A program made the translations under genes and the position numbers. Below, piece after piece: positions 40,113 through 49,699 of a stretch of 64,000 nt of DNA. The stretch comes from an uncultured delta proteobacterium. GTDB taxonomy: Bacteria; Myxococcota_A; Polyangia; Fen-1088. Positions within the stretch are counted from its first letter, which is position 1; every line of letters starts with the position of its first letter. A model generated the notes under the pieces. It was not told where the DNA came from. It was given only the letters and a program-made list of their open reading frames with translations, and did no database searches. The stretch lies in assembly GCA_963796685.1 (NCBI GenBank), contig CAWCMR010000008.1, positions 32,001 through 96,000 of the forward strand, in the 5' to 3' direction.

Positions 40113-42958
40113 GCACGCACGCGATGGCAACCCATTTCCATGCCTCCCAGGGCGAACTCGCGCATGACGTTCAAGTCCACGACAAGGGAGCACACCAGGA
40201 CCCACACGGCAAGACTGGCTCGGCAGCATTTGCCCAGATGCTCGGCGAGCAGGTCGCCAAATCCTCGCCGAAGAGCGCATTTGTGGAAGCGCTCGGCGAG
40301 CGGCCCCTGTCGGATGGCGTGTCCTCCTCGCGCGTAGAGGGCACCCCACATGCCTCGCCCATCGCGGAAGAGCAAGCCTTGCCGAGAGCCAAGCAAATTT
40401 CGTCGTCCACGCCTTCGCATACCCCTGGCGAAACCGCCTCCTCGCGAGTACCGGCACACCATTTTGGACAGAGGGGGCTCGCCCCGTCGGCCGCGGTGGG
40501 CGCCGTGCCCAAGGAAGGCCCGCACGTACCGGCCGACATGCGCCCTGCGCGCGATTCTGCACGGCAGGCCCGCACAGACGATTCCGCCCTGGCAATCGAG
40601 GAGCACCCAACCAGACCGTCGATGAAATCATCGCAACAGCAAGAAGCCGCGATTTCGACGATTGGACGCCGCGCCGAATACCTCCACGGCTCCGCGGTCG
40701 AACTGGAGCATGCCCCGTACGAACCGAGGCCCGCGGCGGTGACGCCACCAACAGTGCCAATCCCTGACGCCAAGGCTCAGGCAACGGGGCTGGAAGGTCG
40801 GCAGTTGCCGCCGGCCTCACCCGCACCCCTCTCGATCGAAAGTCTCGGCATTGCCACCGCGACTGGATTCAAGAACCCGGAGATCTCGGGCACAGTTGAC
40901 GCCGCCAGCGGGTACGGCTCTTCGGCATCCCCATCGTCGCGGGGTCCAAGACGTGAAATCACGCAGTCAAGGCTTGCGACCAAAGACACAGGTCGGGCGG
41001 TCGGAAGCCGGATCCGCACACCCGCAACCGAGAGCCCCTTCAGCCCCGCCACGACCAGCCCAACACTTGACGCCAAGGTCGGGGTCAAGCGCGCATCCGT
41101 CGATAGCCGCGGTTTCCCCGACCGACCTTCCCCGGGCCAGAACGAAACCAGCCCCCGCCCGCATTTCATGTCGAACGACCACGCCGCTCACGGGCCGATC
41201 CTGTCGAATGAAAACGCGGCACACGCACCAACCATCGCGAAGAGAAGCGTGGCGCAGGCCCCTACCGCCAAGAACACGCCGCCTTCGCCAACCAACGCCA
41301 GCGACACCCCTGCTCTCGTTTCTGAGAAGGCAAGCGAGGACGGCGTGCAAGACCCAATCGTCTCCATCCCTGCTTCGTCGCCGCCGACCCCACCTTCCGA
41401 ACCGACGATCCGCCACGACGTTGTAGCGAGGCCCTTCGCCACGGCGGCTTCTCCTGCAACGCCCCTCTCCACCCACGCCGGAGCCGATCCCCATCGAGCA
41501 CCCGTTACCACGCATCCCTCGATTGCCCCTTCCTCTGATGACGCCCCTCACGCCGAGCACCTTCTTCCAACCAGGGGGTCGCAGGAGCACGCATCTCCAA
41601 CGGCCCACGTCCGAGCGGACCAGCCGCAAGCGGCGCCGCGGCCCCACGCAGAGACACGACCCGCGTCCGCATCCGAGCTTCCGGTGCCATCGCAAAACCT
41701 AAGGGCCTCTGCTCGCCCTCTTGTCCAGGTCGAGGCTGCAACCGAGCCGTCCCCCGCGCGAGCGCACAGAACGCGCAGCGAACGGGCCCCTTTGGAGTCG
41801 GTCCAGAGTCCGCAGGTCCTCGCGATTCCGACCTCTTCCCCCAACCAAGCGACAGTTTCCGGCGACACGGCTGACGTGCGAGTCACACCAACCAGGAGAG
41901 CCGCGGCACCGCCCCAACCAACTGCGCCGGCTGCGCCTCAAGGCGGCGTGGTGAAGGAGCCGTCACCGCGACCGAGCATGGGTCGCGCAAACAAAGCCCA
42001 GGAACCAGAACCGGACGAGTCGCATTCGCTCGGCGGACCCCCCGCCCTCGACGTCGTCCGGCCCTCGCTGTCCGATGCGGCGCCTGGACACGTCGCGACC
42101 GTCATCTCGGTCCCGGTCCCAGCAAACCAGGCACCAGCCGCGCCTGTTGTTACGCCGCGCCGGACAGCGAGCAAGACCACGGTCCAGGTAGAACCGAGCC
42201 CGGGCAAAACGCGCGACCGTCACGCGGATGACGACGAACCGGCCGAAGCGTCCTCGTCGCCGTCGACGCACGCACACACGAACGCGCTCCCTTCACCATC
42301 CTCGTCGTATGCAAGCAGTGACTCCCGGCCCGCCAAGCCCGAGGCGCGACAATCCACCGACAGCAGAAAGGGCGTCGAGGATCCCTCGCAGCCGAGTCAT
42401 GCTCCAGCGGCCTCGGGCCAGCCGCAAGCGGGGAAGGCCGAGAGCCCCCCCGCGGTCTTGCCCTCCGATCGACCCGCCACGTTCGCGTCGGGGGCCGTGT
42501 TTCTGCCTGCCAACGGCGCAGCCCATCTCGCGGAACCCGCGCCGGCACCGCTCCTGGCCTCGGAACGAACCAAAATCTTCGACCGCGCCATCGACGATCC
42601 TGGCCTCTCGGTGAACGTCATGCCCCACTCGGCCCATCTTTCCATCACGGGCGACGCAGGCGATCTGGCGCTCCACGTGCGTGTGCGCGACGGAAGCGCC
42701 GATGTGAACGTCAGCGGCACGATGGCCCCGCTCTTCCATGCCAAGGCCCCGGAGATGCGCGCCGCCCTGGCCGGAGAAGGCCTTCAACTCGGCAGCTTCG
42801 CCACCGATCAGCAAGGCTACTCGCAGGGCCGACAAGGCCAGCCGGAAGATGCGCCAAAGGCCGCCAACTTGCAACCCTCCACACCCCAGCCTCGGACATC
42901 GACGTCCGCGCCCGAAATTCCTATCGCGGATGCCCACCGCATTCACGTGACCGCATGA
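40109..42958 (+). CDS. fliK: Very long hook-length control protein FliK-like (949 aa)
   Basis: Low-complexity Pro/Ser/Thr/Ala body; C-terminal GDLALHVRVRDGSADV...EMRAALAGEGLQLG (Flg_hook-like); immediately before flgD. Confidence 0.75.
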   Translation: MSTHAMATHFHASQGELAHDVQVHDKGAHQDPHGKTGSAAFAQMLGEQVAKSSPKSAFVEALGERPLSDGVSSSRVEGTPHASPIAEEQALPRAKQISSSTPSHTPGETASSRVPAHHFGQRGLAPSAAVGAVPKEGPHVPADMRPARDSARQARTDDSALAIEEHPTRPSMKSSQQQEAAISTIGRRAEYLHGSAVELEHAPYEPRPAAVTPPTVPIPDAKAQATGLEGRQLPPASPAPLSIESLGIATATGFKNPEISGTVDAASGYGSSASPSSRGPRREITQSRLATKDTGRAVGSRIRTPATESPFSPATTSPTLDAKVGVKRASVDSRGFPDRPSPGQNETSPRPHFMSNDHAAHGPILSNENAAHAPTIAKRSVAQAPTAKNTPPSPTNASDTPALVSEKASEDGVQDPIVSIPASSPPTPPSEPTIRHDVVARPFATAASPATPLSTHAGADPHRAPVTTHPSIAPSSDDAPHAEHLLPTRGSQEHASPTAHVRADQPQAAPRPHAETRPASASELPVPSQNLRASARPLVQVEAATEPSPARAHRTRSERAPLESVQSPQVLAIPTSSPNQATVSGDTADVRVTPTRRAAAPPQPTAPAAPQGGVVKEPSPRPSMGRANKAQEPEPDESHSLGGPPALDVVRPSLSDAAPGHVATVISVPVPANQAPAAPVVTPRRTASKTTVQVEPSPGKTRDRHADDDEPAEASSSPSTHAHTNALPSPSSSYASSDSRPAKPEARQSTDSRKGVEDPSQPSHAPAASGQPQAGKAESPPAVLPSDRPATFASGAVFLPANGAAHLAEPAPAPLLASERTKIFDRAIDDPGLSVNVMPHSAHLSITGDAGDLALHVRVRDGSADVNVSGTMAPLFHAKAPEMRAALAGEGLQLGSFATDQQGYSQGRQGQPEDAPKAANLQPSTPQPRTSTSAPEIPIADAHRIHVTA

Positions 42959-42968
42959 GGAGTTGACC

Positions 42969-43646
42969 ATGGCAATACAATCGACCATTTCACAAATCCA
43001 AAACGCAGCGGCAACCACCCAGCAACAAGCTGCCGTAAAGAACGATCCAAGCCAACTCGGGGAAAGCGATTTCCTGAAGCTGCTCACCACTCAGCTTCAG
43101 CAACAAGACCCCACCCAGCCCATGGACAATACCGCCATGGTGGCTCAACTCGCACAGTTCTCCGCGCTCGAACAGATGACCAACGTCAACACCACCCTAA
43201 CGCAGATGCTCACAGGACAGGGCACCGCCCTCGAAGCCAATTCTGCAGGGATGGTCGGCAAGACCGCCATATTCAATACAAACCAAGTCAGTCTGACCGA
43301 AGGCAAGCCGGCAACGATCACGGCCAACCTTTCCCAAGCAGCCGCCAACGTTACATTGACCATACAGGACGGAACCGGCAACACCGTGCGCACCGTTGGA
43401 GAGGGTGCCTGCACCTCCGGCAACAACATGTTCACCTGGGACGGCCATGACGACAAAGGCAATCAGCTGCCGACGGGAACCTATACGGCGCAAGTTCTTG
43501 CCACGGACATCAACGGCAACCCCGTTTCCCTGACCCAAAATGGGAGCGCGCCAATCACAGGGGTCGTCTTCAACAACGGTGTGCCGCAGTTCCTGGCAGG
43601 CGGCTCGACTTTGCAGCTCTCGGATATTTCCCAATTGACCGAATAA
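42969..43646 (+). CDS. flgD: Hook capping protein FlgD
   Basis: FLKLLTTQLQQQDPTQPMDN..QLAQFSALEQ; FTWDG..GNQLPTGTY. Confidence 0.94.
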   Translation: MAIQSTISQIQNAAATTQQQAAVKNDPSQLGESDFLKLLTTQLQQQDPTQPMDNTAMVAQLAQFSALEQMTNVNTTLTQMLTGQGTALEANSAGMVGKTAIFNTNQVSLTEGKPATITANLSQAAANVTLTIQDGTGNTVRTVGEGACTSGNNMFTWDGHDDKGNQLPTGTYTAQVLATDINGNPVSLTQNGSAPITGVVFNNGVPQFLAGGSTLQLSDISQLTE

Positions 43647-43669
43647 CAACCAAAGGAAAGGCAACAAAC

Positions 43670-45005
43670 ATGAGTCTAGTCACATCCCTGTACGTAGGAG
43701 CCAGTGGCCTCGACGCGTCCACCAACGAGCTCTCGGTCGTGGGCGACAACATTGCCAACAGCAGCACCGTCGGTTTCAAATCGGCGCGCACCGTCTTTTC
43801 CGACGCCATGGCACAGCAACTCGTCGGCGCGGATGGTCAGATGGGCCTTGGCGTATCCACCATGACGATCCAGAAGCTCTTTTCCCAAGGCGGCTTCACC
43901 ACGACGGGTCTGTCCACGGACGTGGCAATACAGGGCAACGGCATGCTTGTCGTCAAGGGCAATCAAGGCGGCGTCGATGGAACGTTCTATACACGCAATG
44001 GCCAGCTCACCGTGGATAAGGACGGGTACCTCACCAACCTCGAAGGCCTGCGTGTCCAAGGGCTACAAGCCGATGCCGCCGGAACAGTGACGTCCGGTCT
44101 CCTAGGCGATCTGCAGGTCGGCAACGCGTCCGCCCCGGCCAAGGCCACAGACAGCATCACCATTCGAGGAAACCTCGACCAGACTGCCCCGGCCACCGAC
44201 TCGACCTTCGATGCCACGGATGCCAAGGACACGTCCAATTTCAATACCACCATGACGGTCTACGACTCACTCGGCAACGCCATCCAGCTCGAACATCTAC
44301 TTCTGCAAGAAGGATCCGGCCAACACCAACGCGGGCGATTCCGGGGACTGGACGTACCACGTCCTGACAGACGGCGGGAACCTGTCGCAAGATGCGTCCG
44401 GTGGCGCAACTACTCCGAACACGGCCACCGAGGTCGCCACAGGCGAGTTGGACTTCGACAGCCAGGGTCGCCTCATTTCGAATACGACCACGGCAAACGG
44501 CTTCTACCCCAAGAACGCGCTCGCTCCGCAGCCGTTGGCCTTCAATTTTGGCAATGGAACTGCCACCGGTGGTAGCGGGCTCGATGGGCTCACCCAATAC
44601 GCGGCCACCTCGGCGGTAAGCTTCGTAACCCAGGAAGGGTCCAGCTCCGGCAGCCTGAGCAGCATTTCCATCGGACAAGACGGTACCATTACCGGCGGGT
44701 TCACCAATGGCCAGACCCGAACGCTCGGCCAGTTCATCTTGGCCAATTTCAAGGCGCCAGACCAACTTCAACGCATTGGCTCCACTCTCTACACCGAAAC
44801 GCCACAGTCAGGATCGCCCACCCTAGGTACGCCATCCACGGCTGACCGAGGCAGCATCAACGCCGGCACTCTCGAACAGTCGAACGTGGACATCAGCGCC
44901 GAGTTCATTCGTATGATTGCCGCTCAGCGCAACTTCGAAGCCAACTCCAAGACTCTCACCACTGCGGACCAACTCTTGGCCGAGCTGATGCAGATCAAGC
45001 GTTAG
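43670..45005 (+). CDS. flgE: Flagellar hook protein FlgE (frameshift near 44292)
   Basis: GDNIANSSTVGFK, DVAIQGNG, YTRNG, VYDSLGN. The second frame runs open from 44292 to LEQSNVDISAEFIRMIAAQRNFEAN. Confidence 0.92.
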
Positions 45006-45068
45006 TCCAACGACCGCGCTGGGGCCGCTCGACCTTCGCCAAGCGGGTTTTGCCACCAGCCATTCACC

Positions 45069-45096
45069 TAAAGCGAAGGCTGCGGTAAGCCGAGAT
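45069..45096 (+). promoter_or_regulatory. sigma28-type promoter for flbD-motAB
   Basis: TAAA-N16-GCCGAGAT. Confidence 0.65.
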
Positions 45097-45112
45097 CAAC
45101 CAGGAGACTGCC

Positions 45113-45322
45113 ATGATTCCACTGATTCGCCTCGACGGCTCGGAAGTCATCGTCAACGCCGAGCTCATCGCGACGGTGGAAAAGACACCCGACACCATGC
45201 TGACACTCACCACAGGCCACCACATCCTGGTCAAACAAAGTGTCGAGGACGTGGTCGCGCACGTCATCGAGTATCGGCGCAAGCTGCTGTGCGGGCCGAC
45301 CATCCTCGACAGGGAGGAATAG
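45113..45322 (+). CDS. flbD: Flagellar FlbD (SwrD) family protein
   Basis: MIPLIRLDG..VNAELIATVEKTPDTMLTLTTG..VKQSVEDVV; between flgE and motA. Confidence 0.9.
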   Translation: MIPLIRLDGSEVIVNAELIATVEKTPDTMLTLTTGHHILVKQSVEDVVAHVIEYRRKLLCGPTILDREE

Positions 45323-45325
45323 CCG

Positions 45326-46099
45326 ATGGATTTCGGAACCATCGGCGGCATCGTCTTCTCGATCGGCATGATCCTGGTGGGGCAAGCCATCGAGGGTGGG
45401 CATGTCGGCTCGATCATGCAGCTCACGGCTGCCATGATCGTGTTCGGGGGGACCATCGGCGCCGTCGCTGTGTCCTTTCCCATCAACGAGTTCATCCGTG
45501 GCATCAAGATGGGCGCAGGAACCCTCACCCAGCGCAAGAGCGACCTGCATCTCATTTTGGACCAGGTCGTCGACCTCGCCGGGGTGGCCCGTCGCGACGG
45601 CGTTTTGGCTCTCGAGCAGAGGCTTCCCGAGCTGAACGATCCCTTCCTCAAGCGCGCCGTCGGCTTCATTGTCGACGGCGTTGACGCGACGGTCGCGCGC
45701 GATGCCCTCGAGACCGAAATCATGCACGAGTTCGAACAGGGAAGCGTGGGTGCCAAGGTCTTCGAATCCATGGGGGGGTATGCGCCTACCGTGGGCATCT
45801 TGGGGGCCGTGCTTGGTCTCATTCACGTCATGGAGAACCTGAACGACCCGTCCAAGTTGGGCGGGGGCATCGCCACCGCGTTCGTGGCCACCGTGTACGG
45901 CGTCGGCAGCGCGAATCTCCTGTTTCTCCCGCTCGCCAGCAAGATCAAGCGCAAGCTTGCCTTGGAGAAAGAACGGCGGGTCTTGATCGCCGAAGCCGCC
46001 CTATCGATCCAAGCCGGCCTCAATCCTCGTGTTCTGCGCGAAAAGCTGCTGGCCTACGCCGGTATGCACGGCACCCCGGCGGAAGCCAAGAAAGAGTGA
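45326..46099 (+). CDS. motA: Stator protein MotA
   Basis: IVFGGT, ARRDGVLALE, GGYAPTVGILGAVLGLI, AFVATVYG. Confidence 0.95.
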   Translation: MDFGTIGGIVFSIGMILVGQAIEGGHVGSIMQLTAAMIVFGGTIGAVAVSFPINEFIRGIKMGAGTLTQRKSDLHLILDQVVDLAGVARRDGVLALEQRLPELNDPFLKRAVGFIVDGVDATVARDALETEIMHEFEQGSVGAKVFESMGGYAPTVGILGAVLGLIHVMENLNDPSKLGGGIATAFVATVYGVGSANLLFLPLASKIKRKLALEKERRVLIAEAALSIQAGLNPRVLREKLLAYAGMHGTPAEAKKE

Positions 46100-46102
46100 C
46101 CG

Positions 46103-46879
46103 GTGGCCAAACGCGAGACACCCGAAGAACACGAGAACCACGAACGCTGGCTCGTCTCCTACGCCGATTTCATCACCCTCCTGTTCGCCTTCTTCGTGGT
46201 CCTCTATTCGACGAGTCGCATCGACAACAAACGCATGGTCGACGTGGTCAAGTCGATCAAGTTTGCCATGCATTTCAAAGGTCAGGGCGGCGTCGATACC
46301 ATGCCCATTTTCGACGGTCCCGCCAGCGAAGGTGGGTGCCAGGCCAACCTGTCCGATTCCGAAAGACCCTCGCAAAAGCAGATCGAGGCCATCGAGGCCA
46401 TGCGCCGGCGCATGGAAAAGAAATTCAAGGGTTTCCTCCTGGAAAAGCCCGGCATGACGACGGCGGTGACCTTACACGTCGAGGGCAGGAAGCTCATGAT
46501 TCGCCTGTCTGTCGCCCACTTCTTCGATCCCATGCAGGCGGCCCTGCGACCAGACGTCATTCCCGTCCTGGATGTCATCGCCGACGAGCTCTCCCGCATG
46601 CACCGGCCGATTCGCATCGAGGGCCACACGGACGATACACCCGTCATCACCGCGCGCTACCGCGACAATTGGGATCTCTCGGCCTCGCGCGCCGCTTCGG
46701 TGACCAGTTACATCGAGCGCGCCCATCAGATCCCCGGAACGCTGCTGAGCGCGGCGGGCTACGGCGACAGCAGGCCTGTGGCCACCAACGACACCGCGAC
46801 GGGCCGCGAGCTCAACCGCCGGATCGATCTCGTCGTCGAGGTCAAGCCCACGGACAACCTGGACGCGATCGCACAGTGA
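46103..46879 (+). CDS. motB: Stator protein MotB
   Basis: WLVSYADFITLLFAFFVVLY; EGHTDD, NWDLSASRA, NRRIDL. Confidence 0.95.
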   Translation: MAKRETPEEHENHERWLVSYADFITLLFAFFVVLYSTSRIDNKRMVDVVKSIKFAMHFKGQGGVDTMPIFDGPASEGGCQANLSDSERPSQKQIEAIEAMRRRMEKKFKGFLLEKPGMTTAVTLHVEGRKLMIRLSVAHFFDPMQAALRPDVIPVLDVIADELSRMHRPIRIEGHTDDTPVITARYRDNWDLSASRAASVTSYIERAHQIPGTLLSAAGYGDSRPVATNDTATGRELNRRIDLVVEVKPTDNLDAIAQ

Positions 46880-46900
46880 CCGGCACCCCCCTCTGCCTTC

Positions 46901-48955
46901 TCATCGAGCCGAGTCACAGTAGGCATTCCACGCTTCCCGATAGGCCCCTTCCAAGGCGCGCGCCAAACGAGAGGCATCCATGACCGCCGAGCCGGCGAAC
47001 CTTTCACGCAAGCCAGACCGCAACTTGGCCACGGTGGCCCGGTCCTTTCCCAAAGCCACGGCCCCGTCAACGTAGGTCTGTCGATCCTTCGCCACGAGCT
47101 CAGGCAAGCCCGCATGCGTGAGCAGACTAGCCCCCACGCGCCCGGCATGACTGCTTCCTTCGAGGGTCAACACGGGCGTTCCCATCCACAGTGCTTCGCA
47201 GGTTGTGGTCGTTCCGTTGTACGGAAAGGTGTCCAAGGCCACATCCATGCGGTGGTAGAGACGGAAGTGGTCTTCGGCCTCACGCTCGTGTCCCATGAAC
47301 TGTATCCGACCCTCTTCCGCCACACCACGCGCCGCGAAGGCCGCCAGGATTCTTTCCTTGACCTTGTCGTTGCGCAACCCCCGAGCCTTGAGAAGAAATG
47401 TGCTTCCGGGCACGCGTTCAAGGATCGCCGCCCAGGTATCGAGCACGACATCATTGATCTTCGCCAAATTGTTGAAGCTACCGTAGCTGATGTGATCCAC
47501 CTCGTTCCACGGTGAGTCGGCAACAGGGAGCTGCCGTGCAAACTCCGGAGGCTGATACGCAAGAAAACCACCTTCGATGCGCACGAGCTTTTCCGTATGC
47601 CGCACGTCCGCGTTGCCAACCGGATCGGCAATCGCATCGGTCAGCCTATAGTCCATATCCGTAAGCCCAGTCGTATTCGGGTAGCCCAGATACGTCACTT
47701 GTATCGGCGCCACGCGATTGCCGAGCATCACCAGACGGTTGTCGCAGGTGTGCCCGGAAAGCTCCACGAGCACATCGATCCCGTCCGCTTGGATCAACTC
47801 GGCTAGGTCGTCATCGCTCATCCGATAGACATTTCGGTAGCATTCGGCGGCAGCCTTGATCCGCGCGCTCATGTCGTCCTCCCTGAAACCCGTCGAGTAG
47901 CAGGTGACTTCCAACAACTTGCGGTCGTGCTGCTCGAGCACCGGACAAATGAAGAACGCCACCGAATGCATCCGAAAATCTGGAGACAAGTAGCCTACGC
48001 GCAGCCTTCGCATGCGATCGCGGTCCGCTACGCGCAACGAGCGGCGGCCGCCCTTGATTAGGCCTTGGAAGCGGCGGTGTTCACCGGCAACCCACTCCGG
48101 CTCCGCATTGGGATCGTCGTTCAACGCGAGCAAATAGCCGGAAAACACGTTTCCATTCTCGGGTCTCAAACGCACGGCTTGCTCGTAGTGCTGGCGGCAC
48201 AACGCCTGTTCTCCTTGGTCCCGAAGAAGTAGAGCCAGGTTGTTATGGACCTCGCTACAATTCGGATCGATTTCCAATGCACGCCGCAAGAAGCTGATTC
48301 CAAGCCCGGTCAAGCCCGTCAAATTGGCCAGGAGTCCAAGGTGGGTGTAGGCAACGATCGATCGCGGACAGAGTCGCAGTACCTCCTGAAACGCGCCTTG
48401 GGCCTCCGACAGCCAGCGGAGCTCGAAATAGGCCAGCCCAAGGTCATTGTAATACACGGGATTGTTCGGATCCAAATTGACTGCCCGAGTGAGCTCCTTC
48501 ACTGCACTCTGGAGATCCCCGGTTTTCGCAAGGCAATAACCAACTTCCCGATGGTTCGACGCGGCTCCTGGCTCGATCTGCACCTTCCGTTGCAGAAGTG
48601 GCAAAGCGTCCCGGTATCGTTCATCCTTCATGAGCGCACCGGATTGTCGGCTCAACGTCGCAAGGAAGTTTCCGCGAATCTCCGGATTTTCCGGTTTGAG
48701 CTCGTAGGCTCTTCCGAGGAGGTCGATCTGCTCGTCGAGCTTCACTGACCATTTGCTGTAGATGGCCGCCAGGTTATTGGAGATGTCCGCATCCTTCGCC
48801 CCCAGAGCCACGGCCTGAGCGTACGCCTTCTCCGCGGCCGCCAGGTTTCCGTCCACGACCGCCCTGCGCCCGGCTTCGCGCAGCTCCCCTATGCGCCTCT
48901 CCAAAGATACGCCCGCAACCTTGTTCTTCGATCGAAGTCGGTCCTTCCTGCCCAT
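46901..48955 (-). CDS. TPR + GT41 (SPINDLY/O-GlcNAc transferase-like) glycosyltransferase
   Basis: Multiple TPRs; RVGYLSPDFRMHSV, ELSGHT, APIQVTYLGYPNTTG, SFNNLAKI, LDTFPYNGTTTTCEALWMG. Confidence 0.92.
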   Translation of the reverse strand: MGRKDRLRSKNKVAGVSLERRIGELREAGRRAVVDGNLAAAEKAYAQAVALGAKDADISNNLAAIYSKWSVKLDEQIDLLGRAYELKPENPEIRGNFLATLSRQSGALMKDERYRDALPLLQRKVQIEPGAASNHREVGYCLAKTGDLQSAVKELTRAVNLDPNNPVYYNDLGLAYFELRWLSEAQGAFQEVLRLCPRSIVAYTHLGLLANLTGLTGLGISFLRRALEIDPNCSEVHNNLALLLRDQGEQALCRQHYEQAVRLRPENGNVFSGYLLALNDDPNAEPEWVAGEHRRFQGLIKGGRRSLRVADRDRMRRLRVGYLSPDFRMHSVAFFICPVLEQHDRKLLEVTCYSTGFREDDMSARIKAAAECYRNVYRMSDDDLAELIQADGIDVLVELSGHTCDNRLVMLGNRVAPIQVTYLGYPNTTGLTDMDYRLTDAIADPVGNADVRHTEKLVRIEGGFLAYQPPEFARQLPVADSPWNEVDHISYGSFNNLAKINDVVLDTWAAILERVPGSTFLLKARGLRNDKVKERILAAFAARGVAEEGRIQFMGHEREAEDHFRLYHRMDVALDTFPYNGTTTTCEALWMGTPVLTLEGSSHAGRVGASLLTHAGLPELVAKDRQTYVDGAVALGKDRATVAKLRSGLRERFAGSAVMDASRLARALEGAYREAWNAYCDSAR

Positions 48956-48972
48956 GTCTCTCCCTAGACTCG

Positions 48973-49000
48973 ACTTCGACGGACATCAGCACTTCCTTGA
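48973..49000 (-). promoter_or_regulatory. sigma28-type promoter for the GT41 gene
   Basis: Minus strand TCAA-N16-GTCGAAGT. Confidence 0.55.
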
Positions 49001-49023
49001 ATCTTCCGCAATCCACGCCAGTC

Positions 49024-49050
49024 TCAAGCATTCCTCGCTCCTGCCGATAA
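49024..49050 (+). promoter_or_regulatory. sigma28-type promoter for the methyltransferase
   Basis: TCAA-N15-GCCGATAA (exact -10 consensus). Confidence 0.75.
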
Positions 49051-49117
49051 CCTTGCTACGCGTTCGGGCGGTGTCGCCGCTCGGGGTTACTCGCCAAGAG
49101 ACACTACCATCGGACCT

Positions 49118-49670
49118 ATGATGCCAGAAGCGCGCAAACTTCATATTGGTGGGACCGTCAGGGTTGCCGGCTGGGAGATCCTCAACATCTCCCCCGGGCC
49201 TCACGTCGATCACGTCGGGAACGCCAACGATCTCTCGCGCTTCGGCAACGGTCTCTTCGCCGAGGTGTACGCTTCCCACACCCTGGAGCACTTCGACTAC
49301 GCGGGCGATCTGGAACGCGCTCTCGAGGAATGGTCAAGGGTGCTGTCGCCCGGCGGGACGCTCTATCTGAGTGTTCCGGACCTCGATGTGCTCGCAAAAC
49401 TGCTCCTCGTTAAGGAGGAGCTCGCCATTTCCGACCGCTTTCTGGTGATGAGGATGCTCTTTGGCGGCCACGTAGACCGCAATGACTACCACCTTGTTGG
49501 CCTGAATGAGGAGTTCCTCGGGCACTTCCTCGCGAAGGCTGGGTTCTCCGTAGTGCGTCGGGTCCCCAGTTTCGGAATCTTCCACGACACCAGTGCAGCT
49601 CTTGTTCAAGGGCATTCCGATTAGCCTGAATGTCGTCGCCGTGAAGCCGGCCATTGGCGCGGCCACCTGA
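49118..49670 (+). CDS. Class I SAM-dependent methyltransferase (frameshift near 49596)
   Basis: KLHIGG, YASHTLEHF, RVLSPGGTLYLSVPD. The shifted frame gives LFKGIPISLNVVAVK, ending TGA 49668-49670. Confidence 0.85.
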
Positions 49671-49699
49671 CAGTGCTGTAAACGATGGTCGGCCTGGTA

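Noticed and set aside
43670-45005. flgE as a true pseudogene or programmed frameshift
   Set aside because: No slippery sequence, both halves are undecayed, and similar single-base shifts occur in unrelated genes, so sequencing error is more likely.
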